From Octopus sinensis (taxonomy: Eukaryota), in contig NC_043024.1 in the NCBI RefSeq assembly GCF_006345805.1, positions 7,936,001 to 8,000,000 on the forward strand: a stretch of DNA of 64,000 nt. Reading direction: 5' to 3'. Position numbers and translations under genes: made by a program. The notes under the pieces were generated by a model. The model made no database searches, had not been told where the DNA came from, and saw only the letters and a program-made list of their open reading frames with translations. Positions 1 to 11,682 of the stretch are shown here, in pieces (position 1 is the stretch's first letter; each line of letters begins with the position of its first letter).

Positions 1-106
1 CATGAGGTAGCAGCTCAAGAGAGCTGCTGAAGACATGTCTGTATCATTCAGATGCTAGTGTCAAAAGAGCCCAAGATGGTTGTTATCTAACACGAGATCA
101 TTTCTA

Positions 107-523
107 GGATCTTTGCGGTTTGAACAGCAGTTTTTAAAAATAATTTCTACGTAACTAAACACTTTTAAACTTCGTATACTGGTAGAATATGTTTATAAAA
201 CATCTTTTTCTCTTGGCTTTATTGAGAAAATTCTATAGTTTGTAAGATATTTGTTGTTGTTTTTTTCTTCAATTTATGCAATTTCATCCAATCAATGACG
301 TCTATTGAGGTGAAAACATTCTGTGCCGTATGAATATGTCCCTCGTTTAAGAAACAGATTGGGTTTATTTACATTTGTGAAGAAAAAAGATACTCATCCC
401 CCACCCCTATCCCTAACCCTAAAACAGATTGAAATGCAATAGATCGATACTAGGGTCATAATTATGGGTGACAATTTCATATGACACCGCTAGAAAAAAT
501 TGCCGTTCAAACTGAAAAGATCC
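107..523 (+). mobile_element. Merlin-like MITE family M1, about 417 bp
   Basis: TIRs GGATCTTT(T/G)CGGTTTGAAC...GTTCAAAC(C/T)GAAAAGATCC; 8-bp TSD CATTTCTA at 99-106 and 524-531. GG-starting TIR plus 8-bp TSD fits Merlin (superfamily is inference). Confidence 0.85.
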
Positions 524-823
524 CATTTCTAATATATCTCTCAAACTGAGGATATCAGCTACGCTATACCTGTATCATGATGATTTGTGCTGGATATCAA
601 AATACCGACATCATGATGGCTGCAGAGCCATCTTGAGGCCGTGATTAATCATTTCCAATAGTCAGTGAAAATGTTTTGCAATGGGGAAATATTACCTTAT
701 TTGGAAATAGGTGAGGGTTGGTGGTAGGAAGGGCATCTGGTCATAGAAAATTTGTGCCAATAAACTCTGTCTGATCCATGCAAGCATAGAAAAATGGATG
801 TTATGATGATGATGATGATGATG

Positions 824-1172
824 TAGGCATGTGTATCCATGGCTGTGTGGTAAGTAGCTTGCTTACCAACCACATGGTTCTGGGTTCAGTCCCACTGTGT
901 GGCACCTTGGGCAGGTGTCTTCTGCTATAGCCTTGGGCTGACTAAAGCCTTGTGAGTGGATTTGGTAGACGGAAATTGAAAGAAGCCCGTCGTATATATG
1001 TGTGTGTGTGTCTGTTTGTTCCCCCCCCCCACATCACTTGACAACCAATGCAGGTGTGTTTAGGTCCCCGTAACTTAGCGGTTCGGCAAAAGAGTCCCTA
1101 TAGAATAATTACTAAGCTTACAAAGAATAAGTCCTGGGATCGACTAAAGGCGGTCAAATGACTGAAACAAGT
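824..1172 (+). mobile_element. tRNA-derived SINE family K, diverged copy
   Basis: tRNA-like head (TGGCTGTGTGGTAAG...GGTTCAGTCCC), central (TA)/(GT) tract, tail AATGACTGAAACAAG shared with many copies in the window. Confidence 0.85.
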
Positions 1173-2059
1173 GTGATCTGTGTAGCCACGTGCATGTACG
1201 AGAGTATGTATGTATGTATGTATGTAGCTATGTGTATGTATGAGAGTGCTTGTGTTGTACTTTTTTTGAAAGTCTGGTACTTATTCAATCAGTTACTTTT
1301 GTTGAAACACGTTAATTTACGCTGACATAAACAAACCAACACCGGTTGTAGAGGACAACACAAACACACGTATATGGATACAAAGGAGGATAGGCGAAGA
1401 TACAACACTGAATGCAGACTGAATCCGAAAAATCTACGTAGAGCTCTAAAATCAACAGTAGCAGTCATGCGGCCAACTGTATACGCAAGTTATACAATAC
1501 ATACTCATACATATATACGACGGGCTTCCACACATTTTCCTTCTATCAAATTCTCTCACAAAGTATTGATCACCTGGGGCTATTTATAGTAGAAGCTACT
1601 TGCTCAAGATGCCACGCAGTGGTACTGAACCCGAAACTATGTGGTTGTAAAATGATCTTAAATGGACAGTCATGCCTGCACAGATTTCATAGTTTTCTAT
1701 CTTCTGTCACGAAAATATCCATAAAAAAAAAGTACTGATATAAATCAGTGGCATTTTACGATTAGTGTTTTTGTTGTTGATTTTTGCTCCCAATTATGTT
1801 TAACACTATCACTCAATAGTTATTGTAATTTGTCCGCCATATTGTATACCAACTTCGAAAGATAGTAATTTCTGAGTTCAACCTTATAAAAAACTAATTT
1901 AAAAAGCAAAATTAGCAGTCTTTTAAATATACCATATTTTGGGCAAAGGTGGGAGCGATTGGTTAAGCAAAAAACAAAAAAAAAAAACTTAGGTCTACGG
2001 CAAAAGAATTATGGCTTTTGCCAGGAACATTAGCAATGAGCATAAAATGAATTGATTCC

Positions 2060-2339
2060 AAAGAGGAATTGAAGCTATGTCTTTATTTTAACTCATATGG
2101 GTTTTCGACGATCGCCACGAATGCTTAAAGAATGTCGTTATTGAAAGCAGTCAACTTGAAAATGTCTTATGTCAAGGATTTTTGGCAAGAGGCAAAATCA
2201 AGTATGGAGGATATAATTCAAACTTTTCGAGAAACGTAAGCTAGGTAACAAAGCAGAAGGGGTTTAATGGGAGACTCGAGTCTGGTGGCAAAGTAGATTC
2301 GTTGCGAGATTATCTCTCCAAAAGACATAATTGTTTTAT
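2060..2339 (-). ncRNA. Candidate terminal exon of a divergent antisense transcript
   Basis: Minus-strand acceptor TTTACTTTCTCTTCAG (plus 2340-2355) and AATAAA (plus TTTATT 2082-2087). End is approximate. Confidence 0.35.
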
Positions 2340-2829
2340 CTGAAGAGAAAGTAAATTTGTTTAAAAATGGCGGAATGTAAAAGAGACGGGCATTATGGGT
2401 AGTCATGGACATTAACACAAGATCAACAACCACTTGTGTTTGACTTAGGAATTATGACATATACCATTGGTATATGATATTCTTTATTCGCACGAAGACA
2501 TTTGGTAAATTAGAAAATTAAGCATAATAAATAATTTTCTTTAAAAATTTTAATAGCAAAGTGCTTTTTGGCATTATAAACTATAATGAAAAATAAAAAA
2601 ATAAATACAACATCTATCACATTTATTGCTTTTTCGTGTTTTTTTTAAATTAGATATCTCATTAAAAAAATTCTGAAACTTGGTTTAATTTTAATAAAAC
2701 CTTTTCCTCACACAAACTAAAAAACAAAAATAAAACACAGCAGCCAAGGGAGGTAATAACTATTCCGAGGAGGCTGTGCAGCAAAAATAAAAAAAAACAA
2801 ACAAAACACGAAATATAATTTCAGCTTAC

Positions 2830-3191
2830 TTTTTGATCTAATTTTCATATTCCGACTTTTTAATGTATTTGAACGATAATTTCAAAAAGCACTTCGTGTA
2901 AAATTTCGATTTTATAATTTGTTAAATAATTTAAAAGTGGCTGAAATCGAGGCCCCTATGTCTTATGTGTGGCGGCCATGAGACTTAATACATTCGAATC
3001 CTTACACAGCTTGCTGTGTATTTGCAATATTTGGGAGACATACCGCACATTTTTTGAACCACCCCCTTTTTTTAATGTTGTACAAAGAAAACCCTTCCGC
3101 TATCACCCCCCAGTTGGTTTTATTTAAGTTGTTTTCTCTCGTGTTTCTCTTCCTCTGCTTCGTCTTCAACATCGAACCGTGAATATGTAAT
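2830..3191 (-). ncRNA. Candidate internal exon of a divergent antisense transcript
   Basis: Strong minus acceptor CTTTTTCCTTTTTTCAG (plus 3192-3208) and donor AAA|GTAAGC (plus 2824-2829). Confidence 0.45.
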
Positions 3192-3453
3192 CTGAAAAAA
3201 GGAAAAAGCCAAGAAGAAAAAAAGCATGGTTATGATGGACTTGTATACGCATGCATGCATAGCTCGCTATCTACATATATACACACACATGCCTGCATAA
3301 AATGTGTGGCAGCTGAGCAAGTCGGGAGGAAAATACGTGAAGAAAACAGCAAAAGAAAGCCAAGGAATGAAGGATCTTTAAAGCATACAGAAAAAATGGT
3401 AACAGAGGAAAGCGACCAAAGGAAGAAAAGATATCTGCAGAGTGCTTGCTTAC

Positions 3454-3700
3454 TTTGGTTGCTTGTATGAATGTATGTATGTAAATATAAATACGATTTT
3501 GAGTTTGTTTTTGAGACAGTCGATGCTTCGAAATATGAAGATTACACAGGGAAAACACAGTAGTAGTATTATTATTATGTTTAATGATAACAATAAACGG
3601 AACATTCGTGCTGCGAAGACGACACATAGTGATACGCTGTCGGTTTGCTCTCTCGCTCTGTGGAACCTTTTTTTAAATGGATGGTGCACTGTTTGAGCTT
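3454..3700 (-). ncRNA. Candidate first exon of the divergent antisense transcript
   Basis: Minus donor CAAA|GTAAGC (plus 3448-3453); start site unknown, 3700 is approximate. Confidence 0.35.
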
Positions 3701-3840
3701 TTGCACACTTTTAAACAAACAAACAAGAAAAGAAAGAGAGAAAAAAGCACAGACAAACAACCCCAAACACAAATACACGCAGACTTTATTTAAAGTATCC
3801 ACCACCACAGACAGACAAACCACCCCTTAACATCAGAGGG
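3700..3840 (+). other. Candidate 5' UTR exon of the + strand host gene
   Basis: Donor AGGG|GTGAGA at 3841; downstream branch-like CTAAT near 4027 and AG acceptors at 4053-54 or 4085-86 lead into the ATG-containing exon. Start approximate. Confidence 0.4.
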
Positions 3841-4324
3841 GTGAGAGAAAGAAAAAAAAGGGAAGGTACGTTGTCTGATTAAAAAATACCCCTAAATTAT
3901 ACACATATATATATATATATATATATATATGCATATATATGTGTGCTTGTGTGCACATATATGTATGTGTGTATGTATATATCTGAGATTCTCTCTTGAT
4001 AGTAATAATAATATACCTCTTTAATGCTAATTTGATTAAACTTGAATGCAACAGCCATTTGTTGGTTTGGATATATTTTCACCAAGTGACAACACACGCC
4101 AACATTTAATTTGCTACAAGAACTGTCGAAGAGTTTTCGAGTTATATATATATTCAATTCAAACCAAAACTACAGCAGCATCATCATCATCATCATAAAT
4201 CAGAAAACACCACCACAACCACCACCCTCATCATCATCATCATCGCCATCACCACCACCAAGTACTACTATCATTCATTATTATTGTTTTTAGTAATTAA
4301 TTTTTATCACACTGATTATTACCA

Positions 4325-4534
4325 ATGGATCTAGGAAGTGATGCTGCTACGGTCACTGCTGCACCACCACCGCCGACAACACCATCAGCATCATCCTCCG
4401 CCTCTCCCCCTCTATCATCATCATCATCATCATTAACAACAACAACAACAACACCACCTCCTCCAGCCTCAGGACACGATGAAGGAGGTGATCAACTCCA
4501 CACGACAGACGTAGGATTGAAACCCGAATCAGAG
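4325..4534 (+). CDS. First coding exon of an unidentified gene; low-complexity Pro/Ser/Thr N-terminus (70 aa)
   Basis: ATG with G at +4 and an in-frame upstream TGA (4313-15). Encodes MDLGSDAATVTAAPPPP...GHDEGGDQLHTTDVGLKPESE, then GAG|GTACGG donor (phase 0) followed by T-rich intronic sequence. No domain recognisable. Confidence 0.7.
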
Positions 4535-6379
4535 GTACGGCAACATGTTCTTTTATTTGTTTGTTTATTTATTCTGAAATTTTTAATTATGCTTTATAAA
4601 TTTTCCCCACCTCCACCCCTCCTCATCCTTAGTTTACTACTACTATCACTGCTGCTGCTGCGACTACTACTACTACTATTATAATAATGAAGCAGTGTCG
4701 ATATGGCTTTGGATACAATGCAGTCCTAGAAACACTGAATGAAGTGGCTATCAAACCTGCTAAAAATAGCAGCCATATCTTGAAATCACACCCTGCTGTA
4801 TTAAAAAGGGCGCATTGATGTAGCCTTATGCAGCCCTTCCGAGACACAAACCATTAAAGACGAGATGGTCACTGTGGGAATGCTTTGAAACATAAGGTTG
4901 GATGGCTGGCTGGCTCGCTCACTACGATATTCTGGGGTTAAACTACTACTACTATTACTACTGTTACTACTACTACTACTACAAGACAGTGGCCATGGCG
5001 TTGGGTGGGATCGTTCCTGTTGCCCATCAACGTGTTACCCGTTTTTTTTATAAGGACTTCTGACCCTGTTGGAGGAATTCCTGTGGTTTTTGTGGGTAGA
5101 AGGGATTTCGACCGTTCTTGGAGAAAGTTTATGGGGGAAAGAAAGCAATTTGCACCAGTTATATATTGAGGGTATCGAATCAATCAACCTCGTCTGTAAA
5201 TATTAGCCATGTGCCTAATTAAAATAATAACTATTATTGTTATAATTTAGGTATTTTTCTTTCGAAGTGTGCAACTATAATGTAATAGGATTTGAAGAGC
5301 TACAAAATTTTAAACCTTAAGTCTTCGTGATGCTAATTACTCGACTGATTAATAAATTAATATTTCTTACTTATCCAAATACGTGTAATTATTTACAAAT
5401 TTTACGATTAATAATTCGAGCAATTAGCACATAAGCAGATTCAATTTCTTAAGGGTTACACATTTGAATTGAACATAAAATATTCAGAAAGCTCAACACC
5501 TGATTTGAGAATTAAATATATAAGTATATTATTATTAGGATTTTCATTTCTTTTGGATGGAAGACGGACAAAAGATTGTTGTTGCCGCTCTTGCCGAGCT
5601 GGCCAAAGATTGAAGGCGTTCCAGCCACGACCACCCCATAATGTATATGAGAGGCTAACATTAACTGATGTAATTTAATGCATAAAGGTGTGGTTTTAAG
5701 GGAGCGTTTGGTGCAAGTACTGAGTAGGCCTTGGGGGTTGTGTAAGGTAAAATGATATCCTTAAATCCTTAAAAAATGTTTTAGCACGGAGGCCGCGGCC
5801 ATGCTGGGGCACCACCGCCTGAATAGGTGAATAGATAAATGAATGAAAAGAAAACCTAAATAATAATAATAATAATAATAGTAGGAACAGTAAACCTTTC
5901 AGATATCGACATAAAGCCTGAAATTTTGGGGGGAGGAGTTCGCCGATTACATGGACCCTAGTTTTCAACTGGTACTTATTTCATCGAGCCCCCGAAACGA
6001 TGAAAGGCAAAGTCGACCTGGACGGAATTTGAATTCAGATCGTAATAATAATGATGATAAAAATGATGGTGGTTTCTTTTATTATATATAATAATAATAA
6101 TGGTTTTAAATTTTGGTACAGTGCCAGCAGTTTTTGGGAAGACTGGGAGTCGATTACCTCGCCCCTAGTAGTTGGCTGTTACTTGTTTTATCGACCCTGA
6201 AAGGATCGAAGGCTGAGTCGGCCTCGGCGATATTTGAACTTGGAACTTGAATAATAATAGTTTAAAGCGTTTTGATTTAACGGAAAATTTCCAGTTTCGG
6301 GGGAAGAAAAGAAGAAAAAAGATAAAAAAAACAAACAACAACAACAAAAAGACTCAATATTTTTACCGCCATCAATAAA

Positions 6380-6855
6380 GGGAGGTAATTAATGTTTAGA
6401 GCGAGTGCACGTGGGGAGGAGGAGGAAGTAAATAGGGGGCGGTACCTGTACAAGAGGAAGAGGGAACTGGTGGTGGGGGAGGTGCAGGTGCAGGGACTTG
6501 TAAGCAAAGGGGGAGGGAGGGGGGGCGACGGTGGCGGGGGAATGTCAAGGTAGCTTCCTGGTCTGGTCTACCCAACGCGGTTTCAATTTCCGGTTGTTTT
6601 ACGCGTTGACTCGGCTTCTTGTTTAACCCAAGGCTAAGCCTCGATCGAACAGTCCTATCGTCAAAGGCGTTCCAGTAATTTTTACTCATATCTTCTTGTT
6701 TTCTTCTTTAATATCTCTGATACATTGTGTCTCGACTATTTTATTCAAAGGTGTCCTTACCTTTTCCTCACTCTGTAATACCCTGGATATTTAGCTGTTT
6801 TTAGTATCTGTACACCAAACATTGACAACCCTTTTCAAGAAGCGCGCCGCTTGAG
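6380..6855 (+). promoter_or_regulatory. GC/CpG-rich island with G-quadruplex motif and candidate alternative non-coding first exon
   Basis: G-tracts at 6509-6540, CpG-rich CCGG/ACGCGT stretch, donor GAG|GTATGG at 6856. Confidence 0.35.
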
Positions 6856-6920
6856 GTATGGCTCATCATTAGGCGGGTTACACTACTAAAAAAAATTGAA
6901 GGTAATTTTTTGTTAAGGTC

Positions 6921-7154
6921 TAAGGCGGCGACCTGGCAGAACCGTTAGCACGCCGGGCGAAATGCGTAGCCGTATTTCACCTGCCGTTACGTTCTGGGTT
7001 CAAATTCCGCCGAGGTCCACTTTGCCTTTCATCCTTTCGGGGTCGATAAATTAAGTACCAGTTACGCTCTGGGGTCGATGTAATCGACTTAATACCTGTG
7101 TCTGTCCTTGTTTGTCCCTTCTGTGTTTAGCCCCTTGTGGGCAGTAAAGAAATA
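6921..7154 (+). mobile_element. tRNA-derived SINE family B, full-length
   Basis: Head GGCGGCGA(C/G)CTGGCAGAA.CGTTAGCACG, B-box GGTTCAAATTCC, 3' end TAAAGAAATA. Confidence 0.85.
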
Positions 7155-7244
7155 GCTAATTTTTAAAGTCCTGCAGGTTGCTGAACACAAAGTGGCGAGG
7201 AATTTATTTTTATTTAGTAGCAGAGACAAATTATTAGATGGTGT

Positions 7245-7652
7245 GGATCTTTTCGGTTTGAACGGCAGTTTTTTCTAGCGGTGTCATATGAAATTGTCAC
7301 CCATAATTATGACCCTAGTATCGATCTATTGCATTTCAATCTGTTTTAGGGTTAGGGGTGGGGGAAGGGTATCTTTTTTTCTTCACAAATGTAAATAAAC
7401 CCAATCTGTTTCTTAAACGAGGGACATATTCATGTGACACAGAATGTTTTTTATCTCAATAGACGTCATTGATTGGTTGAAATTGCAGAAATTGAAGAAA
7501 AAACAACAAATATCTTACAAACTATAGAATTTTCTCAATAAAGCCAAGAGAAAAAGATGTTTTATAAACACATTCTACCAGTATACGAAGTTTGAAATTT
7601 TTTAGTTACCTAGAAATTATGTTAAAAACTGCCGTTCAAACCGAAGAGATCC
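7245..7652 (-). mobile_element. Merlin-like MITE M1 with an 18-bp flanking duplication
   Basis: Same TIRs as 107-523, opposite orientation; CAAATTATTAGATGGTGT at 7227-7244 and 7653-7670. Confidence 0.85.
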
Positions 7653-8210
7653 CAAATTATTAGATGGTGTGCATGTGTTAAGAGAAAAATAACGAATTTT
7701 TAATTTTATAAATTGATAGGTAATGAATGACATTGAAATTACTGTTTCTGATCCCTATAGGGGGTAGAAAAAAAGTTTAAGAGGAGAACAGAATGTGGTT
7801 CCAAATTTGAATTTCTGTAAATTTTTTGTCCCACGAGTAAACATGGGGAGGTAACGAGTGGGTTTGTCTTTTAAATTTTATTTAGATTTTTAATAATTTG
7901 GTCGTAGCTCCCTTGATCCTTTTTCTCTTGTATGGCAACGGAAGAAAGTTCAGATGTTGAGAGTAAAAATGTTAAAAAAACTGAACAAGCCTCCACTTAG
8001 CCACTGCTGTTCTCCGGTTTACTCTGACCCAGAGTACTAACACCTATCAGGTTAGTGTCAGGGTATGTAGTAAAAACCACAGGGAGTGAGGGACCCCTAG
8101 ATGTTATCCCAGCATCTTTGGAGAAGGACACTGATGTAAAACCTGCAGTTTTTTCGTGTAATCACAGATCATCTAGCTTTGGCTTGTCACTAACTACTAA
8201 TTAGAGACTC

Positions 8211-8371
8211 AAGAGTGGCTGTGTGGTAAGTAGCTTGTTTACCAACCACATGGTTCCGGGTTCAGTCCCACTGCGTGGCACCTTGGGCAAGTGTCTTCTA
8301 CTATAGCCTCGGGCCGACCAAAGCCTTGTGAGTGGATTTGGTAGACGGAAACTGAAAAGGAGCCCGTCGTA

Positions 8372-8425
<54 letters not shown>

Positions 8426-8636
8426 ATATCTATATGTATGTCCCCCTAGCATTGCTTGACAACTGATGCTGGTGTGTTTTATGTCTCCATTACTTAGCGG
8501 TTCGGCAAAAGAGACCAATAGAATAAGTACTGGGCTTACAAAAGAATAAGTCCCAGGGTCGAGTTGCTCAATAAAAGGCGATGCTCCAGCATGGCCGCAG
8601 TCAAATGACTGAAACAAGTAAAAGAGAGAGAGAGAG
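8211..8636 (+). mobile_element. SINE family K, near full-length
   Basis: Head, (TA)n, body and (GA)n tail match the other K copies. Confidence 0.9.
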
Positions 8637-8699
8637 TGGTACTTGTGTTGTACATGCATTTATTACTATAATCCAATGGCATACAGATGTCTTTTTATG

Positions 8700-8910
8700 G
8701 TGACCGTTTGTCATTCCATCTACTGGTGTTCTACGGTGATGGAAGTGTGGTGACATGTGCCGACCTGACCAGTGGGATGTGCACAGTAAGTTGCAACTTT
8801 CAATTGTCACCTGTGCTTCAAACCATGTAGAACTGCAACTGGACTGAATAGTCATCTGAAAGGTCATGGATGGAAAGTTACAAATGCCATTGACAACGAG
8901 GGAGCAATGA
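8700..8910 (+). mobile_element. RTE-clade LINE 3' remnant with C2H2 zinc finger
   Basis: 8805-8867 translates CHLCFKPCRTATGLNSHLKGH (Cx2Cx12Hx3H), like the C-terminal finger of RTE ORFs; upstream frame has stops. Confidence 0.6.
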
Positions 8911-9158
8911 CCAGGGCACAAACAGTCACACACACACATCTACATGATGGGCTTCTTCCAGTTTCCATCTACCAGATCCGCTCAAGGTTTGGTTGGCCCG
9001 GGGCTATAGTAGAATACATTTGCCCAAGATGTGGGTTGCACATTTATATATGAATGAAAAGAACACAAATGGGGTTTAAAATTTACGACAGCTAGTTTGG
9101 TAGAATTATATTGATGTGTTCATAGATTATATCATACCATGTATATATATATATATAT

Positions 9159-10090
9159 CATCATCATCATCGTTTAACGTCCGCTTTTCATGGCAGAGTT
9201 TCTACAGTTGGATGCCCTTCCTGACGCCAACCACTCCGAGAATGTAGTGGGTGCTTTTTATGTGCCACCGGCACGGGGGCCAGTCAGTTGGTACTGGCAA
9301 TGACCTCACTCGAATCTTTTTACATGTGCCACCGGCACAAGTGCCAGTGAAGCAACGTTGGTAACGATCACGCTCGAATGGTGCCCTTTTACATGCCATG
9401 GATATGAAAGCCAGTTGGCTGCTCTTCCACTTTCCATGCTAGCATGGGTTGGCCGATTTTGACTGAGGGCTGGCGAGCCAGATGGCTGCACCAGGCTCCA
9501 ATCTTGATCTGGCAGTTTCTACAGCTGGATGCCCTTCCTAACGCCAAACACTCCGAGAGTGTAGTGGGTGCTTTTTACGTGCCACCGGCACAGGGGCCAG
9601 TCAGGTGGTACTGACCTTGCTCGAATCTTTTTACTCGTGCCAGTGAAGCAACGTTGGTAACGATCACGCTCGAATGGTGCCCTTTTACATGCCACGGGTA
9701 TGGAAGCAGGTTGGCTGCTCTTCCACTTTCCATGCTGGCATGGGTTGGCCGATTTTGACTGAGGGCTGGCGAGCCAGATGGTTGCACCAGGCTCCAATCT
9801 TGATTTGGCAGAGTTTCTACAGCTCGATGCCCTCCCTAACGCCAACCACTCCGAGAGTGTAGTGGGTGCTTTTTACGTGCCACCGGCATGAGGGCCAGTC
9901 AGGCGGTACTGGCAATGACCTTGCACGAATCTCTTTACATGTGCCACCAGCACAGGTGCCAGTGAAGCGACGTTGGTGACGATCACGCTCGAATGGTGCC
10001 CTTTTATGTGCCACAGGTACGGAAGCCAGTTGGCTGCTCTGGTAACGATCCCGCTCGGATGGTGCTCTTGGCACCCTACTAGCACAGGCA
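9159..10090 (-). repeat. Tandem trimer of SINE/RTE-tail family C (units of about 300-320 bp)
   Basis: GGCAG(AG)TTTCTACAGCTGGATGCC-type starts at 9192, 9511 and 9807; (CAT)n tail at the left. Confidence 0.85.
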
Positions 10091-10519
10091 TATACACACA
10101 TACACGCACACACACACACACACACACACATGTGCACACATTACCAGCAGCATTTTAATATCCACTTTGTTCTTGCATGAGTTGGACAAAATATATAGAG
10201 GTAGATTTACTATGGCCAGGAGCCCTTAATGTTGCCAACACTCACATTTCCAAGCAAGGGGATATTTCCCCAAGGCCAGACATATTATAAGGGGCAAATG
10301 AAAACAAACGACACTACTTGTATGGTGGTGACTCTTGTTTACATCTATTGGTTGTTATGACCAGAAATAAAAAAATGCGAGTGTGTGTGTGTGTGTGTGT
10401 GCGTGCGCGTGCCCCCTCACACACACATACTTGAAGGTTCCTTTCAGTTTCTTTCTATGAAATCCACAGTAGCTTGGTTGCCTTGGGGCTATATTTACAT
10501 GATATTATTTATAGCTTTG

Positions 10520-10740
10520 TGGAGATGCGTGGCTTAGTGGTTAGGGTGTTGGACTCCTGACCATGAGTTTGTGGTTTTGATTCCTGGACTCGGTGATGCA
10601 GTTTGTTCATTTCATGTTGCTGCAGTTCACTCAGCTGGCAAAAATGAATCAGCCTGTGATTGACCGCTGACCTGTCCAGGTGGGGAATATCTATGCCTTG
10701 TAACTGGGAAACCAGGCCTTATGTGTTTGTATGACTCGAA
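10520..10740 (+). mobile_element. tRNA-derived SINE with V-domain-like core (family V)
   Basis: tRNA head GTGGCTTAGTGGTTAGG and CCTGTCCAGGTGGGGAA core shared with 35710-36000 and 52570-52920. Confidence 0.6.
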
Positions 10741-10976
10741 GGTAGCCTTTTTTTTTTGTCTTTTGTTATAGTAAAAGACACTTGCCCAAGTTGTAAAAGG
10801 GTAAGACTGGACAGAAAAGCGAGTGGTTGGCAAGTTAACTTCATGACCACACAATACACTTACTTATAAATGTGCATATATATATGCATGTATATGTATG
10901 TATATACGTATTATGCATGTATTTGTGTGTGTGTATATATATATATATATATAATATACATACGTGTTTGTATGTA

Positions 10977-11303
10977 TCATCATCATCATTTAGCGTCCGC
11001 TTTCCATGCTAGCATGGGTTGGATGGTTCAACTGGGGTCTGGGAAACCAGAAGGCTGCACCAGGCCCAGTCTGATCTGGCAATGTTTCTATGGCTGGATG
11101 CCCTTCCTAACGCCAACCACTCCGTGAGTGTAGTGGGTGCTTTTTACGTGCCAGACGGTGCTGGCAAACGTCCACGGTCGGATGGTGCTTTTTACGTGCC
11201 ACCGGCACGGGGGCCAGGCGAGGCTGGCAACGGCATGTATATATATATATTGGGTCATCCCATAAATAATGCTGTGTTTTTATACTTTTATATGGGATGA
11301 CCC

Positions 11304-11335
<32 letters not shown>

Positions 11336-11503
11336 ATATATCATCATCATCGTTTGATGTCCGTTTTCCATGCTAGCATGGGTTAGATAGTTTGACCGGG
11401 GTCTGGGAAGCCAGGAGGCTGCACCAGGCTCCAGTCTGATCTGGCAGTATTTCTACAACTGGATGCCCTTCCTAAACGCTAACCACTTCGTGAGTGCAGT
11501 GAT
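10977..11503 (-). repeat. Composite: family C SINE + mini mariner-type MITE + family C SINE (left arm of a long inverted repeat)
   Basis: Same composition and order as the reverse complement of about 12250-12770, including the GGGTCATCCCATA...TATGGGATGACCC mini element at 11251-11303. Confidence 0.85.
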
Positions 11504-11514
11504 CAAATCCAAGC

Positions 11515-11682
11515 TTCTCTGCTAGTTCCTCAAGAGTTAGGATTTTATTCCATCAAGGTTTGCAGGATGTCCTCATTGAGCTCTACAAATCTTCCAGGAT
11601 GGGACTCATCTTCTAGGTTGTAGTTTTTGGCTCGGAATTTCTGGAACCACCATTGACACTGTCTTACGCTTGTCTGATCTCC
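11515..11682 (-). mobile_element. Mariner transposase fragment (N-terminal HTH region), dead
   Basis: Translates SVRQCQWWFQKFRAKNYNLEDESHPGRFVELNEDILQTLME, matching the mariner WF.KFR.G...LED..R.GRP motif region. Confidence 0.8.

Noticed and set aside
4535-4684. Extension of the 4325 ORF to 119 aa with a Leu-rich tail
   Set aside because: It lies after a good donor, in T-rich and (CTA)/(CTG) repeat sequence that is probably intronic.
6396-6689. 97-aa Pro-rich minus-strand ORF
   Set aside because: By-product of G-rich plus-strand promoter-like sequence; no domain or convincing splice context.
6921-7010. tRNA-like sequences (A/B boxes) at many SINE heads
   Set aside because: No complete cloverleaf, and all are followed by SINE bodies.
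9202-10158. Recurrent ORFs such as MQPSGSPALSQNRPTHASM and LDALPNANHSVSVVGAFYVP
   Set aside because: Translations of non-coding family C repeats, seen in many copies on both strands.
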